Positions 16,889-27,503 of a stretch of DNA of 64,000 nt are shown one piece after another; positions within the stretch are counted from its first letter, which is position 1, and each line of letters opens with the position of its first letter. The notes under the pieces are model-generated. The model was not told where the DNA came from. It saw only the letters and a list, made by a program, of their open reading frames with translations, and did not search any database. The position numbers and the translations under genes were made by a program. The stretch comes from Bacillota bacterium (GTDB lineage Bacteria; Bacillota; Clostridia; Lachnospirales; Lachnospiraceae), in NCBI GenBank assembly GCA_023398615.1, contig JAEWSD010000210.1, positions 22,109-86,108 on the forward strand. Direction: 5' to 3'.

Positions 16889-19024
16889 ATGTTAAAACCG
16901 GGCATGTTTATAAGCGATCGTTACGAAATAATCGATAAAGTCGGTACCGGCGGGATGGCAGATGTTTATAAGGCCAGATGTCACAGACTGAATCGTTTCG
17001 TAGCAATTAAAGTGTTAAAACCAGAATACAGTGATGACAAGAATTTTGTCAATAAATTTAGAGGGGAAGCACAATCGGCGGCAGGCTTATCCCATCCCAA
17101 TATAGTAAATGTATACGATGTCGGTGACGACAACGGGCTGCATTATATCGTAATGGAACTGGTGGAAGGCATTACACTGAAGAATTTTATTGAAAGAAAA
17201 GGGAAGCTTGAGGTTAAGGAAGCAGTCGGTATTGCCATTCAGATTGCAATGGGAATGGAAGCGGCCCATATGAACCATATCATTCACAGGGATATCAAGC
17301 CGCAGAACATAATTATTTCCAGAGAGGGAAAAGTAAAGGTTACGGATTTCGGCATTGCAAAAGCAACGAATTCAAACACCATTACTTCGAATGCTATGGG
17401 CTCTGTACATTATCTTTCACCGGAACAGGCAAGAGGCGGTTACAGCGACGAAAAGAGTGATATCTACTCTTTGGGTGTAACCTTGTATGAAATGCTTTCC
17501 GGGCAGGTTCCGTTCGCAGGGGACAATACGGTATCGGTAGCGCTCCTTCATATCCAGGGTGAAGCCACGCCTTTGCGTGAGTTAGACCCCAATATCCCAA
17601 TCAGTGTTGAGCGTATCGTTCAGAAATGTATGCAGAAGAAACCTGAGCGGCGTTATCTGACCGCTTCGGATTTAATTGCCGATTTAAAACGTTCCATCTC
17701 AAATCCTAACGGTGATTTTGTTGTGATTCCTGCGGCTTCGGTCAGTGATTCGCCAACCATCACCATATCGGAGGCGGACGTAAACCATATTAAGAATGTG
17801 ACAAAAGCATCCGGAAACGGATATGATATGTATAAGGACAGTTTTCAGAATACGGACGGACGCAGGACGAGTCCGGATTTGAAGCAGGCTTCTTCGGATG
17901 ATGACGAAGAGCTTGATTCCGTTGATCCGAGGGTAGAAAAGATTGCTATCATCGGTACGGTGGCGGCCGGTGTTATTATCCTGTGCCTGATTATCTTTGC
18001 GGTAACGAAGTTCTTTCACCTGCTTCCGCCTAAGGACGAAGGCAATGCCGCTCCGACGGCTGAGGCATCGATTTCGCCGTCTCCTTCCGTGACGGCCGAC
18101 GAAAGCGTGGAACGAATAGGGCTTCCGGATGTGAAAGGATATAAACTGGCAGATGCCCAGGAGCTATTGTATGAAAAATCGAAGGATTTCAATGTTAGCT
18201 ATACGGAGCAGCCGTCCGACACTGTTGAAAAAGGCTTTGTATCGGATCAGTACCCGAAGCCGGAAGCAGAGGTCGCTCCGGATGAAGAGATTAAGCTGGT
18301 GGTAAGCAGCGGTCCGGAATCCTTTGAGATACCAATGGTGTATAATCTGACGGATGCCAAGGCGGTAACGATGCTGGAGGATGCCGGACTTATCGTAAAG
18401 CACGCTTTTGGTTTCAGTGAGGAGACAGAGGAAGGCAGAGTAGTTTCTACCGATCCGCCGAGGCATAGCATGGTCGTGAAGGGAGATACGGTAACTATAC
18501 TGATAAGCGACGGACCGGAGAATAAGGACGTTGAGGTGCCTAGTTTGTACGGATTGTCGAAAAGTAAGGCAAAGAAGGCATTGGAAGATGTCGGCCTGGC
18601 ACTTGGCAAGGCAGGCAGTGATTATTCCGACACATATGCCAACGGAGAGGTTATGTACCAGAGCTATGACGCCGGTTCCAAGATACCGAAAGGTACGAAG
18701 GTTGATATAACCATAAGCCTGGGCTTTGAGGATGAAGACGAATCGTCGGGCTATGTCGGTCAGGTTGTGATTACCGAGAATCCGTTCGACTATGAGGGGG
18801 AAAGCGGGAAAGTACTGGTTGAGCTCGAACAGGACGGTAATATTACCACGCTTCTTGAAGAGAAGAAGACCTATAATGATTTCCCGATGCCTATCTATGA
18901 TATAAAGAGCAGCAGCAATACAAACGGTACCGTAACGATGTACGTAGCAAAGGAAATTGACGGCGTATTATCGGATTATGAGGAAACGACTTCATATCCG
19001 GTTGTATTTGCACCGGCGGAATGA
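16889..19024 (+). CDS. prkC: Ser/Thr protein kinase with three PASTA repeats
   Basis: Hanks kinase motifs (GTGGMADVYKA, HRDIKPQN, DFGIA, SPEQ), one TM segment, three about 65-aa PASTA-like repeats and a C-terminal domain. Confidence 0.95.
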   Translation: MLKPGMFISDRYEIIDKVGTGGMADVYKARCHRLNRFVAIKVLKPEYSDDKNFVNKFRGEAQSAAGLSHPNIVNVYDVGDDNGLHYIVMELVEGITLKNFIERKGKLEVKEAVGIAIQIAMGMEAAHMNHIIHRDIKPQNIIISREGKVKVTDFGIAKATNSNTITSNAMGSVHYLSPEQARGGYSDEKSDIYSLGVTLYEMLSGQVPFAGDNTVSVALLHIQGEATPLRELDPNIPISVERIVQKCMQKKPERRYLTASDLIADLKRSISNPNGDFVVIPAASVSDSPTITISEADVNHIKNVTKASGNGYDMYKDSFQNTDGRRTSPDLKQASSDDDEELDSVDPRVEKIAIIGTVAAGVIILCLIIFAVTKFFHLLPPKDEGNAAPTAEASISPSPSVTADESVERIGLPDVKGYKLADAQELLYEKSKDFNVSYTEQPSDTVEKGFVSDQYPKPEAEVAPDEEIKLVVSSGPESFEIPMVYNLTDAKAVTMLEDAGLIVKHAFGFSEETEEGRVVSTDPPRHSMVVKGDTVTILISDGPENKDVEVPSLYGLSKSKAKKALEDVGLALGKAGSDYSDTYANGEVMYQSYDAGSKIPKGTKVDITISLGFEDEDESSGYVGQVVITENPFDYEGESGKVLVELEQDGNITTLLEEKKTYNDFPMPIYDIKSSSNTNGTVTMYVAKEIDGVLSDYEETTSYPVVFAPAE

Positions 19025-19030
19025 TGAGTG

Positions 19031-19909
19031 ATGCAGGGAAAAATAATAAAAGGTATTGCAGGTTTTTACTATATCTATGTGACGGATTTGGGTGTATATG
19101 AGTGCAAGGCGAAAGGAATCTTCCGCAATCAGAAGATAAAACCGCTTGTCGGGGATGATGTCTGTCTTGACATTGTTGACGAGAAGGGTAAGAAGGGTAA
19201 TATCACCCGGATCCTGAAACGCCGGAATGAGCTTATACGCCCTGCCGTTGCCAATGTGGATCAGGCACTTGTCATTTTTGCGGCGGCAGATCCGAATCCG
19301 AATCTTAATTTATTGGATAGGTTTCTGATTACGATGCAAAAACAACAGGTAAATACAATTGTATGCTTTAATAAGCGGGATATCGTAACGGAAAAGGAGC
19401 TTGCTTTACTGGAAGGGACCTATGCCAGGTGCGGTTATCGGGTAGTCCTTTCCAGTACCTATACGGAGGAAGGGATTGCGACCCTGCGGGAATTGTTGGA
19501 CAATAAAACAACGGTTCTTGCAGGGCCGTCCGGCGTAGGAAAATCCTCCGTCATAAATATGCTGCAGCCGGAAGCCAATATGGAAATAGGGGAAATAAGC
19601 GAGAAGATAAGAAGAGGCAGACATACGACCAGGCACTCCGAATTGTTCCATATCGGCAGGGACACCTTTGTTATGGATACTCCGGGCTTTAGTTCCCTCT
19701 ATATTAATGATACGGATAAAGAGGAGCTTAAGGATTTCTTCGTGGAATTCCGTGAATATGAAGGGGACTGCAGATTCATAGGCTGTGTCCATATCAATGA
19801 GCCGGATTGTGCGGTTAAACAGGCATTAAAAGAAGGAAAGATCAGCAGTATCCGTTATTCTAATTATAAGGAACTTTATGAAGAGCTTAAAGATATCAAA
19901 AAATACTGA
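19031..19909 (+). CDS. rsgA: Ribosome small-subunit-dependent GTPase A
   Basis: Circularly permuted GTPase motifs (NKRD, then GPSGVGKSS) and the C-terminal zinc motif CRFIGCVHINEPDC. Confidence 0.9.
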   Translation: MQGKIIKGIAGFYYIYVTDLGVYECKAKGIFRNQKIKPLVGDDVCLDIVDEKGKKGNITRILKRRNELIRPAVANVDQALVIFAAADPNPNLNLLDRFLITMQKQQVNTIVCFNKRDIVTEKELALLEGTYARCGYRVVLSSTYTEEGIATLRELLDNKTTVLAGPSGVGKSSVINMLQPEANMEIGEISEKIRRGRHTTRHSELFHIGRDTFVMDTPGFSSLYINDTDKEELKDFFVEFREYEGDCRFIGCVHINEPDCAVKQALKEGKISSIRYSNYKELYEELKDIKKY

Positions 19910-19955
19910 AACAGTAACAGCTGTTAAGAAGGATAAGGAAAGGTCGGGAATCAGC

Positions 19956-20615
19956 ATGAATAAATTAGCACCGTCAATATTAGCCGCAGATTTTTCAACA
20001 TTGGGTAATGCAATAAATAAAGCGGAAAGCGCCGGAGCAGACTATCTTCATATCGATGTGATGGATGGAGCTTTTGTTCCGAGTATTTCCATAGGTATAC
20101 CAATTATTCAGTCGATACGTCAGGCCTCCAAACTGGTTTTCGACGTTCATCTGATGATAGAGGAGCCGATCCGCTATGTGGAAGATTTTGCAAAAGCAGG
20201 TGCCGATATCATTACCGTACATGCCGAGGCTTGCAGGCATTTAAACCGGACCGTATCAAGCATCAGGGAGATGGGCTTAAAAGCAGGTATTGCCCTGAAT
20301 CCTTCAACCTCCTTATCGGTACTGGACTATTCGCTTGCGGACATCGATATGATACTGCTTATGAGTGTTAATCCGGGTTTCGGCGGACAGAAATTTCTTC
20401 CGTTTATGCTGGATAAGATCAGAAGCTTAAAAGCATTATCGGACAGGAATGGGTATTCGTTCGATATTGAAGTGGATGGCGGGGTATCCTTGGCAAATGT
20501 GAAAGAGGTCCTTAATGCGGGTGCCAATGTAATAGTTGCCGGTACCGCCGTATTCGGCGGAGATATCGAAAGAAATGTGAAGAATTTTAAAGAGGTTTTA
20601 AACGGACATGCTTAA
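19956..20615 (+). CDS. rpe: Ribulose-phosphate 3-epimerase
   Basis: APSILAADF, HIDVMDG, DVHLM and VNPGFGGQKF motifs. I prefer the start at 19956 (MNKLAPS). Confidence 0.95.
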   Translation: MNKLAPSILAADFSTLGNAINKAESAGADYLHIDVMDGAFVPSISIGIPIIQSIRQASKLVFDVHLMIEEPIRYVEDFAKAGADIITVHAEACRHLNRTVSSIREMGLKAGIALNPSTSLSVLDYSLADIDMILLMSVNPGFGGQKFLPFMLDKIRSLKALSDRNGYSFDIEVDGGVSLANVKEVLNAGANVIVAGTAVFGGDIERNVKNFKEVLNGHA

Positions 20616-21276
20616 AAATCGGATATTAATACTGACAGGCGGGACGATTTCCAGGGAATTTGCCGCCGATTATCTGACAGGCCGGTGCTTTGACACCGTC
20701 ATAGCGGCCGATAGCGGGCTTGTTACTTTGGACGAATTAAAGCTTCCGGTTCATTATATCATAGGTGATTTCGATTCGGTGCCTGAGGAGCTGCTTGACA
20801 GATACAGACAGAATGGCGGCGGTAATCCTGCCGTAACGATAAAAAAATATAATCCCGTCAAGGATGCCACGGATACTCATATTGCGATAGAGCTTGCCCT
20901 GGAACTGGGTGCGGAGGAGATCGTCGTCCTGGGGGCAACCGGAACACGTATCGATCATCTGCTTGCAAACATTCACCTGCTGGTTTTGCCGCTTCAAAAG
21001 AATATTAAGGCATCCATTGTGGATGGGCATAATAAGATATATCTAATTAACCGGAATACGACATTATGTAAGAAAGAAATGTATGGTCCGTTTCTATCCC
21101 TTCTGCCGCTGACGGAGACCGTAACGGAGGTTACCCTCAAAGGCTTTAAGTATCCCTTAACGAAGAGAACACTTCACATCGGAGAAAGTATCGGCGTCAG
21201 TAATGAAATTGCCGGTGCGCAGGCCGATATTACACTGAAGGACGGCATACTCATTGCAATAGAATCAAAAGATTGA
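20608..21276 (+). CDS. thiN: Thiamine pyrophosphokinase
   Basis: IGDFDS and ATDTHIA..GATGTRIDH motifs. The start overlaps the rpe stop by 8 nt, as in the Bacillus yloS position. Confidence 0.85.
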   Translation: MLKNRILILTGGTISREFAADYLTGRCFDTVIAADSGLVTLDELKLPVHYIIGDFDSVPEELLDRYRQNGGGNPAVTIKKYNPVKDATDTHIAIELALELGAEEIVVLGATGTRIDHLLANIHLLVLPLQKNIKASIVDGHNKIYLINRNTTLCKKEMYGPFLSLLPLTETVTEVTLKGFKYPLTKRTLHIGESIGVSNEIAGAQADITLKDGILIAIESKD

Positions 21277-21289
21277 AAAGGAGACACAT

Positions 21290-22387
21290 ATGAAGTTAGG
21301 TATCGTAGGTTTACCAAATGTCGGTAAGAGCACATTATTCAATTCATTAACCAAGGCAGGGGCGGAATCGGCAAATTACCCGTTCTGTACGATTGACCCG
21401 AACGTCGGAATCGTATTAGTGCCGGATGAAAGATTAAAGGTATTGGGTGATTTATATAACTCGGAAAAGGTAGTTCCCGCAGCAATTGAATTTGTGGATA
21501 TTGCCGGATTGGTAAAAGGCGCCTCCAAAGGGGAAGGGCTAGGCAATCAGTTCCTGTCCAACATCCGTGAAGTGGATGCCATCGTTCATGTGGTCCGTTG
21601 TTTTGAAGATGCCAATATAATACATGTCGACGGGTCCATCAATCCGCTGCGTGATATAGAGACTATTAATCTGGAATTAATCTTCTCCGATCTGGAAATA
21701 ATAGAAAGAAGGATGTCCAGAGTTTCGAAAGCCGCCAAAAGCGATAAGGCACTGGCAAAGGAAGCTGTGCTGCTGGAACAGTTAAAGAAGCATCTGGAAG
21801 ACGGCAGGATGGCAAAAAGCCTTGTTTCCCTGGATGAAGAAGAGCAAAATCTTCTGAAGGGATATAATCTGCTGACATACAAGCCGGTTATCTACGCGGC
21901 TAATGTGAAGGAAGAGGACCTGGCAGATGACGGAGCGGGCAATGCTTATGTAAATCAAGTCGGGGAATTTGCGCGGGAAGAGAATTCCGAAGTGTTTGTA
22001 ATCTGTGCCCAGATCGAGCAGGAGATTGCGGAGCTTGAGGAAGATGAGAAAAAGATGTTTCTGGAAGAGCTGGGACTAAAGGAATCCGGTCTGGAGAAAT
22101 TAATCCGTGCAAGCTATCATATCCTGGGTCTGATCAGCTATCTGACGGCCGGGCCCAAGGAAACCAAGGCATGGACCATTACGAAAGGGACGAAGGCTCC
22201 GCAGGCGGCCGGCAAGATTCATACCGACTTCGAAAGAGGTTTCATCCGTGCGGAGATCGTTAACTACGATAATCTTGTCGAATGCGGCAGCTATAATGCG
22301 GCCAGAGATAAGGGACTGGTTCGTTCCGAAGGCAAGGAGTATGTCGTTTTGGACGGGGATGTTGTTCTTTTCCGTTTTAATGTTTAG
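21290..22387 (+). CDS. ychF: Ribosome-binding ATPase YchF/Ola1
   Basis: GIVGLPNVGKSTLFN, DIAGLVKGAS and the C-terminal TGS-like HTDFERGFIRAE. Confidence 0.95.
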   Translation: MKLGIVGLPNVGKSTLFNSLTKAGAESANYPFCTIDPNVGIVLVPDERLKVLGDLYNSEKVVPAAIEFVDIAGLVKGASKGEGLGNQFLSNIREVDAIVHVVRCFEDANIIHVDGSINPLRDIETINLELIFSDLEIIERRMSRVSKAAKSDKALAKEAVLLEQLKKHLEDGRMAKSLVSLDEEEQNLLKGYNLLTYKPVIYAANVKEEDLADDGAGNAYVNQVGEFAREENSEVFVICAQIEQEIAELEEDEKKMFLEELGLKESGLEKLIRASYHILGLISYLTAGPKETKAWTITKGTKAPQAAGKIHTDFERGFIRAEIVNYDNLVECGSYNAARDKGLVRSEGKEYVVLDGDVVLFRFNV

Positions 22388-22398
22388 GAGAGTGGTGA

Positions 22399-23337
22399 AT
22401 GGATATGTATCAAAGTATAATCGCGAGCATTCAGTTTCCCAATCTGGGTATCGAATTTGACAATGTCGGTTCCTCAGTCAAAGTGTTCGGAATTGATATT
22501 GCATATTATGGGATAATCATTGCACTGGGGATGGCCGCCGGCTATCTGGTGGCCGAATGGCAGGCAAGACGTACAAAACAAAACCCGGATGTATATTTGG
22601 ATTTCGCCCTGTATGCGATTATATTGTCCGTCATCGGAGCCAGGCTTTATTATGTGGTTTTTACCTGGGACGAGTTCAAGGATAACCCGATATCGATTTT
22701 TAATACCCGAAACGGCGGGCTTGCCATCTACGGCGGTGTGATAGCTGCCGTCCTTACGGCTCTCGTTTATACTAAGATAAAGAAGATATCCTTTGGGCTG
22801 CTGGCGGATACCGGCTGCCTTGGGTTAATAACCGGACAAATGATCGGAAGATGGGGCAATTTTTTTAATCGGGAAGTGTTTGGGCAATACACAAATAATC
22901 TGTTTGCCATGCGCCTGGACATCCGTGATGTGGGCGGTGACTATACCTGTTCCGTAGCCTACCTGGCCGAAAAGTATGCAAACCGCCCGGATGCTTACAG
23001 GCGGATCATGGAGATCAGGGACAATACGGTTTTTGTTAACGGAATTACCTATATACAGGTACATCCCACCTTCCTGTATGAGTCTGTCTGGAATCTCGGC
23101 GTATTGATTTTTCTGATATTTTATTCGAAGCATAAGAAGTTTAACGGTGAGGTATTTCTGTTCTATCTGTTCGGTTATGGACTGGGCAGGGTGTGGATCG
23201 AAGGTATCAGGACGGATCAGCTTTTCCTGTGGGGTTCCCCGATAGCGGTATCTCAGCTCCTGTCCATTTTACTTGTTGCGGCTTCGGGAATTATCATCAT
23301 TTTAAAAAGATGCTCCATCCGCAGAAGACGGGACTAA
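22399..23337 (+). CDS. lgt: Prolipoprotein diacylglyceryl transferase
   Basis: Multi-TM protein with GGLAIYGG and GRWGNFFNREVFG motifs. Confidence 0.9.
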   Translation: MDMYQSIIASIQFPNLGIEFDNVGSSVKVFGIDIAYYGIIIALGMAAGYLVAEWQARRTKQNPDVYLDFALYAIILSVIGARLYYVVFTWDEFKDNPISIFNTRNGGLAIYGGVIAAVLTALVYTKIKKISFGLLADTGCLGLITGQMIGRWGNFFNREVFGQYTNNLFAMRLDIRDVGGDYTCSVAYLAEKYANRPDAYRRIMEIRDNTVFVNGITYIQVHPTFLYESVWNLGVLIFLIFYSKHKKFNGEVFLFYLFGYGLGRVWIEGIRTDQLFLWGSPIAVSQLLSILLVAASGIIIILKRCSIRRRRD

Positions 23338-23427
23338 TTTACTAAAATTAACTTAATTGACTATATATTGACATAATCTGTTCGAAATTCTTAAATTATA
23401 CTATATATAGTGTGGCGAAAAAAAAGG

Positions 23428-23472
23428 AATACAAGCAACCATTCTTAACAGGTGGTGCTTGTATTTTTTTTT
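23428..23472 (+). terminator. Rho-independent terminator downstream of lgt
   Basis: ATACAAGCAACCA pairs with GGTGGTGCTTGTAT (imperfect stem of about 12 bp) and is followed by a run of 9 T (23464-23472). Confidence 0.65.
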
Positions 23473-23482
23473 GTACAAATGC

Positions 23483-23511
23483 TTGATATATTCCCTGAAA
23501 TATTATAAAAT
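23483..23511 (+). promoter_or_regulatory. Candidate sigma-A promoter of the mraZ/dcw operon
   Basis: TTGATA (23483-23488), 17 nt, TAAAAT (23506-23511). Confidence 0.45.
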
Positions 23512-23519
23512 AGCTTTAT

Positions 23520-23556
23520 AAGTGGAGCAAAGTGGTGAGAAGTGGTGGCAAATGGT
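23520..23556 (+). promoter_or_regulatory. MraZ-box-like direct repeats at exact 10-bp phasing (putative MraZ operator)
   Basis: AAGTGG at 23520, 23530 and 23540, plus a degenerate AAATGG at 23550. They lie between the candidate promoter and mraZ. Confidence 0.6.
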
Positions 23557-23574
23557 TGATTGGTGGTGAGATTC

Positions 23575-24003
23575 ATGTTCATGGGAGAGTACAATCATAC
23601 AATTGATGCAAAGGGAAGAATTATCGTACCTTCCAGGTTCAGGGAATCTCTCGGCGATGAATTCGTTGTTACGCAAGGTTTAGACGGCTGCTTATTTGTC
23701 TATCCTAATGATGAATGGCAGAACTTCATTACTGAATTGAGAAAACTCCCCGGCAATAAGGATGCCAGACAATTACAGCGTTATTTCTTAGCAGGCGCTG
23801 CCGGCTGTGAAGTGGACAAGCAGGGAAGGATACTGATCCCGGGCAAGCTAAGGGAACAGGCGGCGTTAGAAAAGGATATCGTTTTTGTGGGCGTTTTAAG
23901 CAAAATCGAAATCTGGAGCAAGGAACGCTGGGAAAGCAATAACAGCTACGATAACATGGATCAGATTGCTGAGCACATGGCCGAGCTGGGTTTAAGCTTT
24001 TAA
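23575..24003 (+). CDS. mraZ: Transcriptional regulator MraZ
   Basis: [24 protein letters not shown] and a second SpoVT/AbrB-like repeat (DKQGRILIP). Confidence 0.95.
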   Translation: MFMGEYNHTIDAKGRIIVPSRFRESLGDEFVVTQGLDGCLFVYPNDEWQNFITELRKLPGNKDARQLQRYFLAGAAGCEVDKQGRILIPGKLREQAALEKDIVFVGVLSKIEIWSKERWESNNSYDNMDQIAEHMAELGLSF

Positions 24004-24015
24004 GGGAGGATTCAT

Positions 24016-24975
24016 GTGGACACTTTAACAGATCATACGATTTTTAAGCACAAATCGGTACTATTGGATGAAACAATCGAATTGTTGAATATAAAGCCGG
24101 AGGGTATCTATATAGACGGGACACTCGGCGGCGGCGGCCATTCCTATGAGATATGCAAAAGACTGGGTAAGGGCGGCAGATTGATTGGAATTGATCAGGA
24201 TGAGGCCGCAATTATTGCAGGCGGTAAAAGACTGGAAGAATTTAAGGATAAGGCAACCGTTATCAGAAGTAATTACTGCGATATGAGCCAGGTGCTTCAC
24301 GGACTTGGGATACAAAAAGCGGATGGAATCCTTCTGGATCTGGGTGTTTCCTCCTATCAGCTGGATACTCCGGAACGCGGTTTTACTTACAGAGAGAATG
24401 CACCGCTTGATATGCGCATGGACACAAGGAACGAAAGAACCGCAAGGGATATTGTTAATGGATATCCGGAGCAGGAACTGTACCGGATCATTCGTGATTA
24501 CGGCGAAGATAAATTCGCAAAGAATATTGCAAAACATATCGTCCGCGTAAGGGAGATAAAGCCGATAGAAACCACCGACGAGTTAACGGAAGCCATTAAG
24601 GCTGCGATTCCGATGAAGCTCAGAATGAACACGGGGCATCCTGCCAAGAAGACTTTTCAGGCTATCCGTATTGAACTTAACCGGGAATTGGAGGTCCTAA
24701 GCAGATCACTGGACGATATGATAGAAATGCTGAATGAGAAAGGAAGGCTTTGCATCATAACCTTTCATTCCCTGGAAGACAGAATCGTAAAAAGCAGTTT
24801 CAGGAAGAATGAAAACCCATGTACCTGTCCGCCGGATTTTCCGGTATGTGTATGCGGTAACAGGTCCAGGGGGATTGTGATAACAAGAAAACCGGTGATA
24901 CCTTCGGAAGAGGAGATACGTGACAACAGCAGGGCAAAAAGTTCAAAGTTAAGAGTGTTTGAAAGACATTTGTAG
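24016..24975 (+). CDS. rsmH: 16S rRNA m4C1402 methyltransferase RsmH/MraW
   Basis: [27 protein letters not shown] and SLEDRIVK motifs. GTG start 6 nt after AGGGAGG. Confidence 0.95.
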   Translation: MDTLTDHTIFKHKSVLLDETIELLNIKPEGIYIDGTLGGGGHSYEICKRLGKGGRLIGIDQDEAAIIAGGKRLEEFKDKATVIRSNYCDMSQVLHGLGIQKADGILLDLGVSSYQLDTPERGFTYRENAPLDMRMDTRNERTARDIVNGYPEQELYRIIRDYGEDKFAKNIAKHIVRVREIKPIETTDELTEAIKAAIPMKLRMNTGHPAKKTFQAIRIELNRELEVLSRSLDDMIEMLNEKGRLCIITFHSLEDRIVKSSFRKNENPCTCPPDFPVCVCGNRSRGIVITRKPVIPSEEEIRDNSRAKSSKLRVFERHL

Positions 24976-24992
24976 GAATTGGGGGAATACGC

Positions 24993-25508
24993 ATGGACGC
25001 AGGAAGAAAACAAAACTACAATCAAAGGGAATACTACATGCAGGGTAATACGGCAAGGAAACTGCAGGTGGTTCCCAGGTACCCTGATGAAGAAGAGCAG
25101 GTGTATATTGAGCGGCCGGTTAGAAGGGTTCGAAGGAAACCGAAGGTACAATCCGGGCTTGATATCTTTTCCCTGTTTATACTTTCTGCTGCGATTTTTA
25201 TCACATTGTATACCTGTGTGGGATATCTGAAGGTACAAAGCAACATTACCGGGATGAATTCCCAGATAGCGGTACTTGAAAGCGATTTGACAAAATTACA
25301 GAACGAGAACAGAAATAGCTTGTCGCAGATTAACACCAATCTGGATTTAAACTATATTTATAAGGTTGCCACAAACGAGCTGGGAATGGTTTATCCCAAG
25401 AACAATCAGGTCATTACCTATGACAGCAACCCCAGTGATTATGTAAGGCAGTATAAGGATATTCCGGAAGAAAACAAGGACACGCTGCTGGATAAATTAC
25501 TAAAATAA
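24993..25508 (+). CDS. ftsL: FtsL-like cell division protein
   Basis: Bitopic protein: basic N-terminus, one TM segment (IFSLFILSAAIFITLYTCV), then a coiled-coil (LESDLTKLQNEN). It occupies the conserved slot between rsmH and the PBP. Confidence 0.7.
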   Translation: MDAGRKQNYNQREYYMQGNTARKLQVVPRYPDEEEQVYIERPVRRVRRKPKVQSGLDIFSLFILSAAIFITLYTCVGYLKVQSNITGMNSQIAVLESDLTKLQNENRNSLSQINTNLDLNYIYKVATNELGMVYPKNNQVITYDSNPSDYVRQYKDIPEENKDTLLDKLLK

Positions 25509-25562
25509 GATCTGTGCCATAGCTGGAACGGCCGTAAACGGCACGGATTATAAGGTGGACAT

Positions 25563-27503
25563 ATGGGAAGAACAAACGGTGAAATAAAGATTAAAAAGTT
25601 TACAGGCAAAATGCAAGCAAAATTATTGCTTGTTTTTTGTATTATGATAATAGCTCTGATAGCCCTGATCGGAAGACTGGTTTATTTAAACCGTACGGAT
25701 GGGGAACGTTACGCCAAGAAGGTGCTTTCTCAGCAGACCTACAGCAGCCAGGTGATACCGTACCAGCGCGGTGATATCCTTGACCGGAAGGGGACGGTGC
25801 TGGCAACGAGTGAAAAGGTTTATAATGTAATACTGGATGTAAATAACATGCTGCAGAAGGAGGAATACTTAAATCCTACCATAAAGGCATTGACAAGCTG
25901 CTACAAGGATATCACCGAAGAATCGCTCATGGATCTCGTAAAGACAAATCCGTCAGGCAGGTATAATATCCTTAAGAAGGGGCTGAACTATGATGAGATG
26001 ATGCTATTTAAAAACAAGGCTTCCAAAAATAAGAAGATACAGGGTGTGTGGTTTGAGGAGGATTATACGCGGAAATATCCTTATAATACCCTTGCCGGTG
26101 ATATTATAGGCTTTACGTCGAATGGAAATGTCGGAAACTATGGAATGGAACAGTATTATAATGAGGAATTAAACGGAGTAAACGGAAGAGAATACGGATA
26201 TATGGATGCCGAGCTGAAGCTGGAACAGAAGGTGAAACCGGCGGAAAACGGTAACACGGTGGTCTCTACAATTGACGCGAATGTGCAGGGCATTGTCCAG
26301 AATCATATCAAGGCTTTCCGCGAGGATCCGGGCTGCCTTAACATGGGCGTAATCGTTATGAACCCCAATAACGGGGAAATTATCGCAATGGCCTCCAATG
26401 AGGAATATGACCTGAATAAACCGTATGATCTGACTCCCTTTTATACGAAGGAAGAGCTGGAAGGCATGAATGAGAAGGAGAAGCAGGACGCTCTGTATGC
26501 TATCTGGAGAAATTATGCAATAAGTGATGATTACGAACCCGGCTCGACCTTTAAACCATTTACGGTTGCAGCGGGGCTGGAAGAAAATGTGATACAGCCG
26601 ACATCCGGATATCTCTGCGAAGGCTCCCTGGAGGTTGCAGGTGTATCTAAACCTATTAAATGCAGCCACAGCCACGGGCAGATTAACCTGGAACAGGCTT
26701 TGGCGCTATCCTGCAATGTCGCGCTCATGCAGATCGGGGAAAAGGAAGGCAGAAGTATATTCTACAGATATCAGAATTTCTTCGGCTTCGGGCATAAAAC
26801 CGGAATCGACCTTCCCGGCGAAGCACTTGGACAGTTAGTAAAAGAGAAGGGCCTGAATGCATCGGAACTGGCTACCAGCAGCTTCGGGCAGACCATGACG
26901 GTAACGATGATCCAGGAGATCGCAGGATATAGCTCGCTGGTTAACGGAGGTTACTATTATGAGCCGCATATCGTGAAACAGATTCTGAACGACCAGGGAA
27001 CGGTCGTAAAGGAGATCGACAAAAAGCTGGTAAAAGAGACGGTTTCCCGTGAGACCTCCGAGTTTATCAAGGATGCCACACTGCTGGCGGTGGAGGAAGG
27101 AACCGCGACAAAGGCAAAACCGGCCGGTTACTCGCTGGGCGGCAAAACCGGGACTGCGGAAAAGCTTCCCAGAGGTGACAACAGACGCCTTGTATCCTTC
27201 ATCGGGCAGGTACCTGCGGACAAGCCGGAAGTTGTTATCTATATTGTAATAGATGAACCCAATGTGGAAAAGCAGGATAACTCTTATGCCACGATAATGG
27301 CAAAGCAAATCCTGACGGAAATCCTTCCGTTCCTGGAGATGTATCCTACGGAAGAGATCAAGGGTAATTCACAGGCAGGCGAGCCGGTATTGCCGAGTAC
27401 CGAAAACGAAGGCGATGATACGGCGGAGGAAAACGCGGGTAATGCAGATGAAGCCGGTGAAAATCCGGAAGACGGCGCTTCGGCCGAGAATACGGCGGAA
27501 TAA
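25563..27503 (+). CDS. Class B penicillin-binding protein (FtsI/PBP2B-like transpeptidase)
   Basis: N-terminal TM segment and PBP dimerisation domain. Motifs: SxxK (GSTFKP), SxN (SCN), KTG (GGKTGTA). Acidic low-complexity C-terminal tail and no PASTA domain. Confidence 0.9.
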   Translation: MGRTNGEIKIKKFTGKMQAKLLLVFCIMIIALIALIGRLVYLNRTDGERYAKKVLSQQTYSSQVIPYQRGDILDRKGTVLATSEKVYNVILDVNNMLQKEEYLNPTIKALTSCYKDITEESLMDLVKTNPSGRYNILKKGLNYDEMMLFKNKASKNKKIQGVWFEEDYTRKYPYNTLAGDIIGFTSNGNVGNYGMEQYYNEELNGVNGREYGYMDAELKLEQKVKPAENGNTVVSTIDANVQGIVQNHIKAFREDPGCLNMGVIVMNPNNGEIIAMASNEEYDLNKPYDLTPFYTKEELEGMNEKEKQDALYAIWRNYAISDDYEPGSTFKPFTVAAGLEENVIQPTSGYLCEGSLEVAGVSKPIKCSHSHGQINLEQALALSCNVALMQIGEKEGRSIFYRYQNFFGFGHKTGIDLPGEALGQLVKEKGLNASELATSSFGQTMTVTMIQEIAGYSSLVNGGYYYEPHIVKQILNDQGTVVKEIDKKLVKETVSRETSEFIKDATLLAVEEGTATKAKPAGYSLGGKTGTAEKLPRGDNRRLVSFIGQVPADKPEVVIYIVIDEPNVEKQDNSYATIMAKQILTEILPFLEMYPTEEIKGNSQAGEPVLPSTENEGDDTAEENAGNADEAGENPEDGASAENTAE

